Position numbers and translations under genes: made by a program | Notes under the pieces: model-generated | What the model saw: the letters and a program-made list of their open reading frames with translations, nothing else | Database searches by the model: none | Told to the model about the DNA's origin: nothing | Part shown: positions 19,695 to 29,199 of the stretch, piece by piece | Layout of the letters: each line of letters opens with the position of its first letter | Position numbering within the stretch: position 1 is the first letter of the stretch | Assembly (NCBI GenBank): GCA_019057475.1 | Contig: DXJO01000007.1 | Coordinates: forward strand, 1 to 64,000 | Reading direction: 5' to 3' | DNA length: 64,000 nt | DNA from: Candidatus Thorarchaeota archaeon | GTDB lineage: Archaea; Asgardarchaeota; Thorarchaeia; Thorarchaeales; Thorarchaeaceae

Positions 19695-20762
19695 ATGGAT
19701 GACATTAAGGTAGCCCTCATTGGCATAGGTAATTGTGCAAGCGCTCTTGTGCAGGGTGTTGAATTCTATAAGAATGCAAAAGCGAACGGTGATGTGATTG
19801 GACTCAATCACACGGATTTCGCAGGATATCATGTTCGCGACATCAAGTTCGTGGCAGCCTTTGACGTTGTTGAAGGCAAAGTAGGGCTTGACCTCTCAGA
19901 GGCTGTGTTCGCAGAACCGAACAACGTGATGCGGTTCAGTGAGGTACCAAAGACAGGCATCAAGGTTCTCAGAGGGCCGCTACTCGATGGTGTTGATGAC
20001 AACCTTCGAGCCCTTGTCAAGATATCCAATGACAAGGAAGCAGATGCTGCCAAAGCCCTAAAGGAATCAGGGGCTGAGATGGCAATCAATCTATTACCCG
20101 GCTCTGCCCAAGAAGCGACGGAGTTCTATGCCAATGCATGTCTTGAGGCCGGCTGTGCGTTCATCAATGGCACACCCATAGAGATCGCTTCAAACCCGGA
20201 ATGGAACAGGAAGTTCAACGAGAGGGGAATCCCGCTCGTCGGTGACGACATCCAGGACCAACTTGGTTCAACTGTACTCCACAGAAACATTCTGCAATTG
20301 CTAGTTTCTCGAGGTGTACGTGTGGACAAGAGCTACCAGCTCGACGTAGGAGGAGGCGCAGAATCACTCGATTCTCATTATCGCGGACGCCTGCGAAAGC
20401 GGGATATAAAGACCTCTGCAATCAGTCAAGATCTCCCATACGACGCACCCCTTGTCGCAGGTTCTTCTGATTACGTTCAATTCATGAACAATGAACGCGA
20501 GTCATACTTCTATGTGCACGGAAGGCAGTTTGGAGGAGCACCAATCACAATAGACATACGGGTGGAAATGACTGACGGACCGAATGCAGGACCAATCCTC
20601 CTTGATGCGATTAGAGGGACTAAGCTTGCATTGAAGAGAGAGATAGGTGGGGCACTCGAATCCATATCGGCTTATGGCTTCAAGAAACCGCCAAAACCCA
20701 CGACAATGTATCGTGCGGAGAGATGGGTTGAGGAGTTCCTACTGAACAAGAGAAGGCTGTGA
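19695..20762 (+). CDS. ino1: myo-inositol-1-phosphate synthase family protein
   Basis: IKVALIGIGNCASALVQG, FVAAFDV..KVG.DL, GDDI..QLGST..H, YQL..GG, D.PN.....DAIR..KLA. Confidence 0.9.
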   Translation: MDDIKVALIGIGNCASALVQGVEFYKNAKANGDVIGLNHTDFAGYHVRDIKFVAAFDVVEGKVGLDLSEAVFAEPNNVMRFSEVPKTGIKVLRGPLLDGVDDNLRALVKISNDKEADAAKALKESGAEMAINLLPGSAQEATEFYANACLEAGCAFINGTPIEIASNPEWNRKFNERGIPLVGDDIQDQLGSTVLHRNILQLLVSRGVRVDKSYQLDVGGGAESLDSHYRGRLRKRDIKTSAISQDLPYDAPLVAGSSDYVQFMNNERESYFYVHGRQFGGAPITIDIRVEMTDGPNAGPILLDAIRGTKLALKREIGGALESISAYGFKKPPKPTTMYRAERWVEEFLLNKRRL

Positions 20763-20767
20763 AGGAG

Positions 20768-21172
20768 CTAGTCGTAGACCTTCAAGTACTGCTCAAGAAG
20801 GCGTTTCAGCGATGCTAAGTCATGTAGGACTATAAACTCGGTTTCATTGCCAGTTTCCTCAAGTGTCTCATTGAATGCAACTACACTCGCAAAGGTCTTC
20901 TGCAGCTCTTCCTTGGCAGCCTTGGTCTTGGCAGAAGCATCGAATACGACTATCTTGCTTTCGGGCTCAAAGTTGATGACAATGCTCCTCTTCAGGTACA
21001 TTACCTTCTTGCATTTGGGACATTGCACCCGATTAGCCTTACCGGACTTCAGGTTCCTGATAAGACTGCGATCATCATGCAGGTCGATGTGATCGATGGC
21101 CTCAGCTTCATACATTTTATTGCACTTCTCGCATGTCACTTCGACTGTTTTTGTTCCGACCATCGTCATCAC
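20768..21172 (-). CDS. CpXC-domain zinc-ribbon protein
   Basis: CEKC...(~35 aa)...CPKC with typical CpXC spacing. Confidence 0.7.
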   Translation of the reverse strand: MMTMVGTKTVEVTCEKCNKMYEAEAIDHIDLHDDRSLIRNLKSGKANRVQCPKCKKVMYLKRSIVINFEPESKIVVFDASAKTKAAKEELQKTFASVVAFNETLEETGNETEFIVLHDLASLKRLLEQYLKVYD

Positions 21173-21271
21173 CTTAGTTCTCTAGAAACAGTTTGGAACA
21201 CCTCTTAAGAGTTGTGAACAGCGTCATCCCTGACGATGTAAGAAACATGGAAACGAGAGGTTTTGCAGCCT

Positions 21272-21697
21272 CTATTTCGTGACATCTTCCACGCGAACTT
21301 TCTTCACGCCATCAAGTACCGTGAGTGCGCTCTTGAGGTCATCCAGACTTGTGTTCAACTGCTTCGCGCTGAAGTAGCATTCGTAAAAGCAACGCGTTCC
21401 TCTAAGACATACACCCGTTGAGAAAAGCAAGTCCACGAGTCCTGACTTCTTGAATATCTGCGATAGCTTGGTGAGGAAATCGTTTGTCAGCTTGCCAATT
21501 TCGAGACTCAAGAACGTTACGTCACTGCTATCAAGAGGGAAGATTTTGATCAACCGGTCTTTCAACACTAGGACCATAAGTCCCTTGCTTGTCCCCATAG
21601 CTGCCTTGAATGCAGCTGGAAACGCCACTGTTTTGCTGTCGTCAAAGACCAGAACTTTTCCTGCTGTTGCGCCTTCGTATTCGGAGTCCCCGGACAT
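21272..21697 (-). CDS. hypothetical protein (possible AbrB-like N-terminus plus ACT-like domain)
   Basis: Clean ORF with an upstream TATA (TTTATAAT, minus strand ~21765-21773); ACT-like ending L..LDGVKKVRV. Confidence 0.65.
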   Translation of the reverse strand: MSGDSEYEGATAGKVLVFDDSKTVAFPAAFKAAMGTSKGLMVLVLKDRLIKIFPLDSSDVTFLSLEIGKLTNDFLTKLSQIFKKSGLVDLLFSTGVCLRGTRCFYECYFSAKQLNTSLDDLKSALTVLDGVKKVRVEDVTK

Positions 21698-21860
21698 CTT
21701 ATCGCCTTCTTGAGTAAGTAGTGACCTCGCTGACTGGGTCCAATTCTATGAGTTCACCCTCTCTATTATAAATGATGTTCTGCTCTCATGAATGTTCATA
21801 TTACTAGAGTGACACCAAGAGTGTGCTGTTTTTGAGGAGCATTACGACATTCAGAGTTGA

Positions 21861-22061
21861 GTGATGCGGCGTATGAGCTCCTCTAGAAGATTGCCTCCAG
21901 GGAGATACCGTCGGGTGTCGGACCTGCGAACACAGAGCCAATGTGAATACCGGCTTCATCTAAAGAGGGTACACGGCGACCTGCCTTCGGATGCAAGTGT
22001 GCGGGGTAGCAACAGCTGCCAAGAACTTGGACAATTTTGGGCATTTTGTAGGTGGTTATAA
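21861..22061 (+). pseudogene. possible fragment of a Cas4/PD-(D/E)xK-like protein N-terminus
   Basis: RVSDLRTQSQCEYRLHL...S..G resembles the Cas4-like 'SDL.....C....' start, but the similarity stops before any nuclease core. Confidence 0.35.
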
Positions 22062-22457
22062 CATACTGCTCAGGATTGAGTGGTGTGGAGGTTCAATGCT
22101 GATTGCTATGACCAGATTTCTCCTGAGGAGTCTGTGAGCAGTAACGACCCCACCATGGCAAATACTATGGAAATATCGTTTGCAGCTACGAGTTCTGGTA
22201 ATCGTAGCTTCGTAAAGCAGCGAACAGAAACCTGGTGCCAACAGAGGGACAATGTCCCAGTGAAGTCGGGCAAAGCTCACGACACTGCATCTGGCTCAGG
22301 CCTGATGCAGGCTGGCGACTGCGGTCGTGAGAAGGGTGGAACACAGAAGTTTCTTAATGGTTCACTCAACCAGTTAGAGAACTAAACAGGTCATGCAACC
22401 ACTCAGCAGCTTGAAACACAGAGGTTTTTTACGGATTGACTTCTACCCTTAGTCACC

Positions 22458-22874
22458 ATGGGTTATGAGTTGGAGAACTTCCTCACACGCGTGATGAGTT
22501 CAAAGAGAACGCTGAAGGAAGTCTACTATACGACAAGAGACTCCGAAACAAAGTCTGACGCAAAGGAATTGGTTGTCGCAGCGATATCCTTGCAGAAGAC
22601 ATTGGAAGACCTACTAAACATGAAAAGGAAGGTCCGGGTTGCGACTAAGGTGTTGGAAGACCGAAAAGCAGTCCTATCACTGAGCAAGTGGACCAAGGCA
22701 TTGCCAAGAAGAGTCGATAGCTACACGAAGAAGAAGGGAAAATTCAAACAGGATCACCTTCACAAATACCAGGACAGCCTGCTCGAGTATATCGAGAAGA
22801 TTGGTGAGGAACTGGCGAAGTGGATTATCGATATTGAAACTCTGAGTGAGATACCTCGACCCCCAAAGAAGTAA
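22458..22874 (+). CDS. hypothetical helical protein
   Basis: 138-aa ATG ORF with amphipathic helical composition. Confidence 0.75.
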   Translation: MGYELENFLTRVMSSKRTLKEVYYTTRDSETKSDAKELVVAAISLQKTLEDLLNMKRKVRVATKVLEDRKAVLSLSKWTKALPRRVDSYTKKKGKFKQDHLHKYQDSLLEYIEKIGEELAKWIIDIETLSEIPRPPKK

Positions 22875-22888
22875 ATGATGTGCCCGCG

Positions 22889-23968
22889 TTACCAGCGCAG
22901 CCTGGCCGCTACACCACCGAATGATTTCAACTGTGCACCCGACTCGGTCTGGCTTGAGAACACCATCACTTCAGAACCATAAGTCTGCGCTTTATTCATG
23001 AACTCGTCAACAAGGTCCATGTCATCCTCAATGACCAGTATCGTACGCACTCTGCCTGCTTGAAGGGCTTCAAGGACCTCCTTCTTACCGTAGGTTACTA
23101 TTGCATTGCCCTTCATCAAGTCCCCCATGAAAGCATCCCACGCCTGGCGCTCAGCGTAGATCTCCGTTTCTTTCAAGATTCGAGAGGCTTCCTTCATCGC
23201 CTGATACAAGCCAGTTTCGTCAATAATACTGACGGGTATTATTTTCTCAGCAACCTTCTCTCTCAAACGGTAGTCTAGGTCTCCCTTCTCTAGGAACTCC
23301 TGTGCACGAATTGTGTTGCCCCCAAGAACAATGGCATCAACGTTCTCTAGATTCTCCACGAGAAGCTTGTTCAGTAACCGTCCAACGAATTTGAAGAACT
23401 CAACCATCTTCTCATCACGTAAGCGATCGTAACGTTTGGCGCTTTGGCCTCCTGCACGTGTTTTCCCGATGATGAAGAAATCTTCGTCTCGGATAAGCTC
23501 CATGTGTTTTCCACGGAGATAGCCAACTGTGACTTTGCCACCCTCAATCAATACGATTACGACCAGGCTCTTAGGTCGCGTCATGTCCTCAAGCTCTTCA
23601 AGATTAAACTCTCGACCACAGATATAGCTGAACTGAGAGATTGGAGAAAGTGGAATCACAATCTCGCGTATCTCCTCGTTTGTACCACCTTCCTCTTTGA
23701 CGCCGTAGAAGAATGCAATACCATTCTCTGGAATCGAACCTATCTTCGTCAACTCGCTTAGTATCGCAGTCAAATTATCAGATACGTTCTTTCTGTTTTG
23801 CTTGCTCTTTATGTTCTCAGCACCAGCTAGTTCAGCCTTGACAAATGAAATCGTGTCAGTCAAGTTCTTCGTTGGGGGAACGTAGATTGTCGTGAAAGAA
23901 CTGTGTCGACCCTGATGCGCTCTAAGCTGATGCACCTTGCGCCTCAGGCGTTGTCTTTCGGCCTCCAT
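22889..23968 (-). CDS. prf1: archaeal peptide chain release factor aRF1/eRF1 family (divergent, short)
   Basis: NIKS, YICGREF (YxCxxxF) and GGQS motifs; C-terminal FGGVAARLR. Confidence 0.85.
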   Translation of the reverse strand: MEAERQRLRRKVHQLRAHQGRHSSFTTIYVPPTKNLTDTISFVKAELAGAENIKSKQNRKNVSDNLTAILSELTKIGSIPENGIAFFYGVKEEGGTNEEIREIVIPLSPISQFSYICGREFNLEELEDMTRPKSLVVIVLIEGGKVTVGYLRGKHMELIRDEDFFIIGKTRAGGQSAKRYDRLRDEKMVEFFKFVGRLLNKLLVENLENVDAIVLGGNTIRAQEFLEKGDLDYRLREKVAEKIIPVSIIDETGLYQAMKEASRILKETEIYAERQAWDAFMGDLMKGNAIVTYGKKEVLEALQAGRVRTILVIEDDMDLVDEFMNKAQTYGSEVMVFSSQTESGAQLKSFGGVAARLRW

Positions 23969-24286
23969 GTTCTATCACCTACTTTGTCGGATTAGTGCGA
24001 ATGTCAACAGAGAATTAGTTGTCGTCCGGCAACTGAAAGAAATGCAGGCTAGACCGTATTTTAAGGTTGTGAACTAGCAGGGCAGATTGCCTGCTGCAGT
24101 CTGTAAATTGCGGCCTTCGACGTGGGCGAATTGATGACCATGCCTTATTTGGAGCTTCTCTTTAGGTACTAGCGTATATGGTATGCTAGAGTGCCGCTGC
24201 TCTTACGCTGATTTCTATTCTGAAAAATAAGAGAGTGGCATGGAAAATTCCAAAGAATTCTCCACACCGTTTACCAGATAGGATTC

Positions 24287-27142
24287 TTATCCTTCGTACC
24301 AGGTCACATATCCAGTTGTCTCGTATAGGATGTTGACAAATGTGAAATATCCACTCCAGTATATCTCATATGTTCCTGCCGCTTGTGGGAGAACGTAGTA
24401 TCGATATGGGACATGTGAAACCCATTTTTCATTCGCCTCATCATAATGGACATCTAGATTTTTCCAGAGGTATCCTGAGTCGAGCCTTTTGAGTTCCTCA
24501 CCATTAAACGTTCCACCAAGTATGAATGAGTCTACGTAGTACCTGAGTGTTTGTTCGGCAATCTCAGCAGTTTCACCAGTCGCCGTCAATCCAAAACCGA
24601 TTGTAAGCCATGTTCCAGTTTTGATATAATGAGGCTCATTGAAGTGTGGATAGAATGCTGCATAATAGTGACCCTTTACCAATCTCGGAATATCACCAAA
24701 GAAACCAAGTATCCACACATAGTCTTTGCCTTGAATCTCACTCCCTCCAAACTCGTCTTTGAGATTGGCGTTGATATAGAATGGTTTGTTCAAGCCGCTA
24801 TAAGTCTGGAGTCTGAAAGCATCTACAACCTCGGGGATATCGAAATGCAGAACCAAATCCACATATCCATCACTTCCAGCCTCATGTCCGTCATATGGGT
24901 CGCCGACGAAAGGTGTGGCAACATCCTCATAGCTCCAGCGAAGAGGTGAAACTACTCCAGATTCTCCTTCAAAAGCAAGGACTATGGTGTTTGGATCTAT
25001 TGTCGTGACATCGAAGCCTTCAGTCCCGCATATAGCCACTGGAAGGACTCCTGCGCTTGCTAGATTTATCGGATTAGGCCAAGACTCAGGTTTGATATCG
25101 ACATACACTTGATATGGTGGTATCTCTGCTTGAAGAATTCCGCCTCCAAACTCGTATAGATTCGGAGGATTGTCACCAGTCCAACGAAGACTGGCGGCCC
25201 AAAGGTGGTTATTAGGACCAAATCCCATTCCCTCGACATACCCCACATCTGTATACTCGAAGACATTCTCTTCGACCCATACTCCATCAACCTTCGACCA
25301 TTGTGCAATCTTGTCAGAGAACATATCGGAGATCCAAATGGACCCCCCAGCGTAATCTAATCCATCATGATGTTCAGCCGAGTGATGAGGATTCATACCC
25401 GGATAATCGAAGATGACTTCCCAGGTTTCATAGAAACCATCAGAGTCAAGATCGCTAGCTTGCCAGATATCACGAGTGGGGTCTCCCAAGTCTCGTGCAC
25501 CCGCATACCAAACATCATTGTCAGGATCATATGCTAGAGTTTCAGTCCTTTCGAGGGTATTGCTCTGAGGAACAGGAGGTGCTAAGGCAATCTGCTCAGG
25601 TGGTCTATCGGGAATACCATCACCAGTGTCATCGTTCCAGCTGTGGTCCCATCGGTGAATGCCAAGTGGCCAAGCTCCCAAGAATATTCCTCTCTCATCG
25701 ACATGGAACTCATCGGAATGCCATCTAGCCCCATCTGTGTAACCTGTCAAGTCAGCACTGGAAACTATCTCGAAGTGTCTAGGTTCAACTGGTCCAGGAA
25801 CATTGGGATTGTCAGGATGCTGATGTGGTTCAATCCATCCGGGACTCAATGAATCGGTCCCTATCTCAGCATAATCAGTTAACCACACTCGTACTTGATA
25901 TGCGGTTGTTTCGGATAGGAAATACAAATATTGTTCCTCATCGCCCCACACATTGGGATCACCGTAGTCAGCTACCCATCCACCAACACTGGACACATAT
26001 TCCGCATCCGGAAAATAATGACTATAGACATAATAGTCATCCACTGGTTTGGTCTTTCCATCTACACCAGCATTGTAGATTGCTTGTATTTCTTCAAGAC
26101 TAAGTGCTCGATTGTATATTGAAATCTCATCCATCAGACCATTCAGTTCCTCCCCCCAATCACTGTTGAACATCACCCCGTCACCAGGAGCAACAAGACC
26201 ACTGAATGCATAATTACCCACTTCGACACCATCTAAGTACAGTCTCATGAAGTCTCCATCATATGTTCCCACAACATGATGCCATCGATAGGCTTCAAGA
26301 ACATCTGGAACCCATAAGTGATGCACCCCATAGGTAACCACATTCAGGGTCCAATCTCCAGGTTCTAATGAATAATCGAAACAGCCTACAACAAGACTGT
26401 CACACTCAAGACCCCAGCCTATGCTTCCCTGCTCGGGAGATGCAATGGATGCCATTTGGTTCCCTATGATGTTGTTTGCATAGGAATACTCAGCTGGATT
26501 CATGTCACCGGGCCAAGCCATGAAGTCCGAGTCAACATTTGTGAACTCTGCTGAGAGTGATATCCGCTCTACGAACTGCAGTCCTGTAATGGTGATGAAT
26601 GAGAACTGTGAGTGATCGATTGGGTTTCCGGTGAATGGACTGTATCCTTCATCTGGAATTACAAGACTGGAGGTTTCTGAATAGTAGTGAGCACCGAGAT
26701 TCATGTAGAAATGAAGATGTCCAGAATCATGACGAAGGGCTGCCTTCTCACCGCCCAATAATACGTAACGATTGATTTCGTCCGTAAGTGGCGACTCATG
26801 ACGGACCCAGGCTTCAATGGTGAGTTCTTGTAGGCCATCTATTCCATGTCCGGTCGACCATACCATATCTTGATACCCATCGAAGCTAAAAGCATCCCCA
26901 ACCATTCCTGGTGCGAATGTTGTATCATAGAGCAGGGTTCCATGGTTTGGGCCAGCGTAATCATATGCATTTCCGTCTCCGGGCCACCAGCTGACAAGTC
27001 CCGCTGGAGGCTCAATAGAATCGGCAACAGTGAATGCGTCTGGATTTTCCATATTGGTTGCTAATGGAGCTGTATTTGATAGTAGGGGCATAAACCCCAT
27101 GACAATAAGCAGCCCCATAGCAATTATAGCTATTATTCTCAT
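24287..27142 (-). CDS. secreted multidomain protein: LamG/concanavalin-like domain, probable beta-propeller, C-terminal 'DIKP..PNPIN' domain
   Basis: N-terminal signal peptide; GLVSWWPGDGNA.D, TIEAWV, WHHVVGTYDG..MRLYLDG, G.MDE..IYNRALS..EI; VDIKPESWPNPIN. Confidence 0.8.
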   Translation of the reverse strand: MRIIAIIAMGLLIVMGFMPLLSNTAPLATNMENPDAFTVADSIEPPAGLVSWWPGDGNAYDYAGPNHGTLLYDTTFAPGMVGDAFSFDGYQDMVWSTGHGIDGLQELTIEAWVRHESPLTDEINRYVLLGGEKAALRHDSGHLHFYMNLGAHYYSETSSLVIPDEGYSPFTGNPIDHSQFSFITITGLQFVERISLSAEFTNVDSDFMAWPGDMNPAEYSYANNIIGNQMASIASPEQGSIGWGLECDSLVVGCFDYSLEPGDWTLNVVTYGVHHLWVPDVLEAYRWHHVVGTYDGDFMRLYLDGVEVGNYAFSGLVAPGDGVMFNSDWGEELNGLMDEISIYNRALSLEEIQAIYNAGVDGKTKPVDDYYVYSHYFPDAEYVSSVGGWVADYGDPNVWGDEEQYLYFLSETTAYQVRVWLTDYAEIGTDSLSPGWIEPHQHPDNPNVPGPVEPRHFEIVSSADLTGYTDGARWHSDEFHVDERGIFLGAWPLGIHRWDHSWNDDTGDGIPDRPPEQIALAPPVPQSNTLERTETLAYDPDNDVWYAGARDLGDPTRDIWQASDLDSDGFYETWEVIFDYPGMNPHHSAEHHDGLDYAGGSIWISDMFSDKIAQWSKVDGVWVEENVFEYTDVGYVEGMGFGPNNHLWAASLRWTGDNPPNLYEFGGGILQAEIPPYQVYVDIKPESWPNPINLASAGVLPVAICGTEGFDVTTIDPNTIVLAFEGESGVVSPLRWSYEDVATPFVGDPYDGHEAGSDGYVDLVLHFDIPEVVDAFRLQTYSGLNKPFYINANLKDEFGGSEIQGKDYVWILGFFGDIPRLVKGHYYAAFYPHFNEPHYIKTGTWLTIGFGLTATGETAEIAEQTLRYYVDSFILGGTFNGEELKRLDSGYLWKNLDVHYDEANEKWVSHVPYRYYVLPQAAGTYEIYWSGYFTFVNILYETTGYVTWYEG

Positions 27143-27251
27143 CTAATTTCTCTCCTCCACATTAGAACTCATGTGACAAAGCATTCGCATGAGTCAGTAA
27201 AATGCACCTATTCCAGAGGTTTGATTTAAGGGTTTCGCAACTCATAGTTAG

Positions 27252-27440
27252 GATAAAAGAGTAATTCTGCATTCTCTACAAATTAACAGCAGGTTCAGCA
27301 ATACGACGACCGAAACTACGACGCCCACTGGCACTATTCCCGAAGGTCTTGACCCTTTGGTGATCATTGCTCTTGGAGCAAAAGTCGGAGCAATTGCAGT
27401 ATTGGTTTTTGTCGTTGTTTTTCTCAAGAAGAAATTATGA
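27252..27440 (+). pseudogene. orphan C-terminal membrane anchor of a surface protein
   Basis: The frame reads ...NTTTETTTPTGTIPEGLDPLVIIALGAKVGAIAVLVFVVVFLKKKL* (Thr linker, TM helix, basic tail), with an in-frame TAG upstream and no start codon before the linker. Confidence 0.6.
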
Positions 27441-27685
27441 GATAGCAGAAGGAAAACAATATACGAGCACGCCATATGGACTCCAAGAGGAATCCATCCT
27501 TCTATCTTCAGCGATAGATTCAAATCAGGGGATGAAGCCAGACGCACATAACAATGAGTGAGGAGCCATGGATCACTACCAATTTACATCATCCAAGTAG
27601 GTGTTTGTTTCTCTCTTGGATTCAGTCCGTACTCCGTGGTTCATCTCAAGCATCATCTCACAAGTGAAGGAGTTTTGAATGACAA

Positions 27686-29191
27686 ATGGCCGAGCTGACT
27701 ATAGGCGAAAGGAAAGTTCTGGGAAAACTGGCCGAGTATGATAAGCTGGTTTCCGCATCAGAGCTCGCTAGCGAGCTTCAAGAAAGGAATGAGCGAGTCA
27801 TCTCCATCCTCAACTCATTAGCTGAAAAGGGATTCATCAAACTGGACACCAGGGAACACATGACCCACCGCCTGACAGATGAGGGCCGCAGCTACGTGAA
27901 AGATGGGCTTCCTGAGGAACGCCTGTTTCATGCGGTTACGCGACTCGGCGGTCAAGCAGAGCTTGACAAGGCTGTTGCCGAAGCAGGTCTGGATAAGCAG
28001 GCTAAGGGAATATCTGTTAACTGGGCGCGAAGGAATGGATGGCTGGAGATTGAAAAGACCAATGGAACTACCGTCCTCAAGGTAAAGGTGGAAAACGCCG
28101 AATCAAGTGTGAAGAATGTCCTAGTCCTTCTGAATAAGGGAGATGTCAACGTACCCACGAAACTTGCAGGTGGTCTCGAAACCGCTGTTGAACGAACTCT
28201 TGTAGAGGAAAAAACCGCCAAAATGTTCGAGGCCGCAATTGCGGAGAATCGCAGAGGTGAGATTGAATCACTCCTATCGCAAACTGCTGAGGGTATTACT
28301 GATCTCACGCCAGAGCTGATTGCTAGCGGCGAATGGAGGAATTGCACCTTCAGACCGTATAATGTGGAGCTTGAGCCTGCATTCGTGAACTATGGGAAGA
28401 AACACCCATACAACGAGTTCATTGATTGGCTCAAGGAGGTTCTCGTTGGCATGGGATTCAATGAGTGGTATGGACCCTATGTTGAGACCGAGTTCTGGAA
28501 CAACGATGTCTTATTCGTGCCACAAGACCATGTTGCCAGAGAAGTTCAAGACCAGTTCAAAATCACCGAACCCTACGATCATGGTGACATTCCCGACGAG
28601 AAATACTACAGAAAGGTGAAGGCTGTACACGAGAATGGAGGGGATACAGGATCCACTGGATGGGAAGCGCCATTCAGTCGAGAGGTAACCACCAGACTAT
28701 GCCTACGTTCCCACACTACGCCAGTATCAATTAGATATCTCTGGGAAAATCCAGAATCGCCGCAGAAGATGTTCATAATCGACCGTAACTTCAGGTCAGA
28801 ATCATTGAGCGCCACTCACGCTCAGGAGTTTAACCAGTTTGATGGCATCATCATGGACAAGGGACTCACTCTCCGCGATCTCATGGGTTATCTGAAGGAG
28901 GTGTGCCATCGCATGGGAATCAAGAAAGTGAAGTTCAAGCCAGGACAATTCCCCTTCACGGAACCCAGTATCGAAGGCTTTGCGAAACACGACACGCTTG
29001 GCTGGATAGAGGTTGCGCCTGGAGGAATTTTCAGACCGGAGGTGACGCGTCCGCTGGGAATAACCGATCCCGTTCTAGCATGGGGCATAGGTGCAGGACG
29101 ACTCTACATGGCGTCGATGGACATCAAGGATATCCGAGATCTTTACTCAAGGGACTTGACTTGGCTTCGCAGGGCATACTTCGTGAGGTAG
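27686..29191 (+). CDS. pheS: phenylalanine--tRNA ligase alpha subunit (archaeal/eukaryotic type)
   Basis: N-terminal wHTH domains, FWN.D.LFVPQDH.ARE.QD, LRSHTT, FPFTEPS, GIFRPEV, AWGIG. Confidence 0.97.
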   Translation: MAELTIGERKVLGKLAEYDKLVSASELASELQERNERVISILNSLAEKGFIKLDTREHMTHRLTDEGRSYVKDGLPEERLFHAVTRLGGQAELDKAVAEAGLDKQAKGISVNWARRNGWLEIEKTNGTTVLKVKVENAESSVKNVLVLLNKGDVNVPTKLAGGLETAVERTLVEEKTAKMFEAAIAENRRGEIESLLSQTAEGITDLTPELIASGEWRNCTFRPYNVELEPAFVNYGKKHPYNEFIDWLKEVLVGMGFNEWYGPYVETEFWNNDVLFVPQDHVAREVQDQFKITEPYDHGDIPDEKYYRKVKAVHENGGDTGSTGWEAPFSREVTTRLCLRSHTTPVSIRYLWENPESPQKMFIIDRNFRSESLSATHAQEFNQFDGIIMDKGLTLRDLMGYLKEVCHRMGIKKVKFKPGQFPFTEPSIEGFAKHDTLGWIEVAPGGIFRPEVTRPLGITDPVLAWGIGAGRLYMASMDIKDIRDLYSRDLTWLRRAYFVR

Positions 29192-29199
29192 TGGTTAGG

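Noticed and set aside
28903-29199. 99-aa N-terminal extension of PheT in the ORF track
   Set aside because: It overlaps pheS in another frame; the PheT-like sequence begins at ATG 29200
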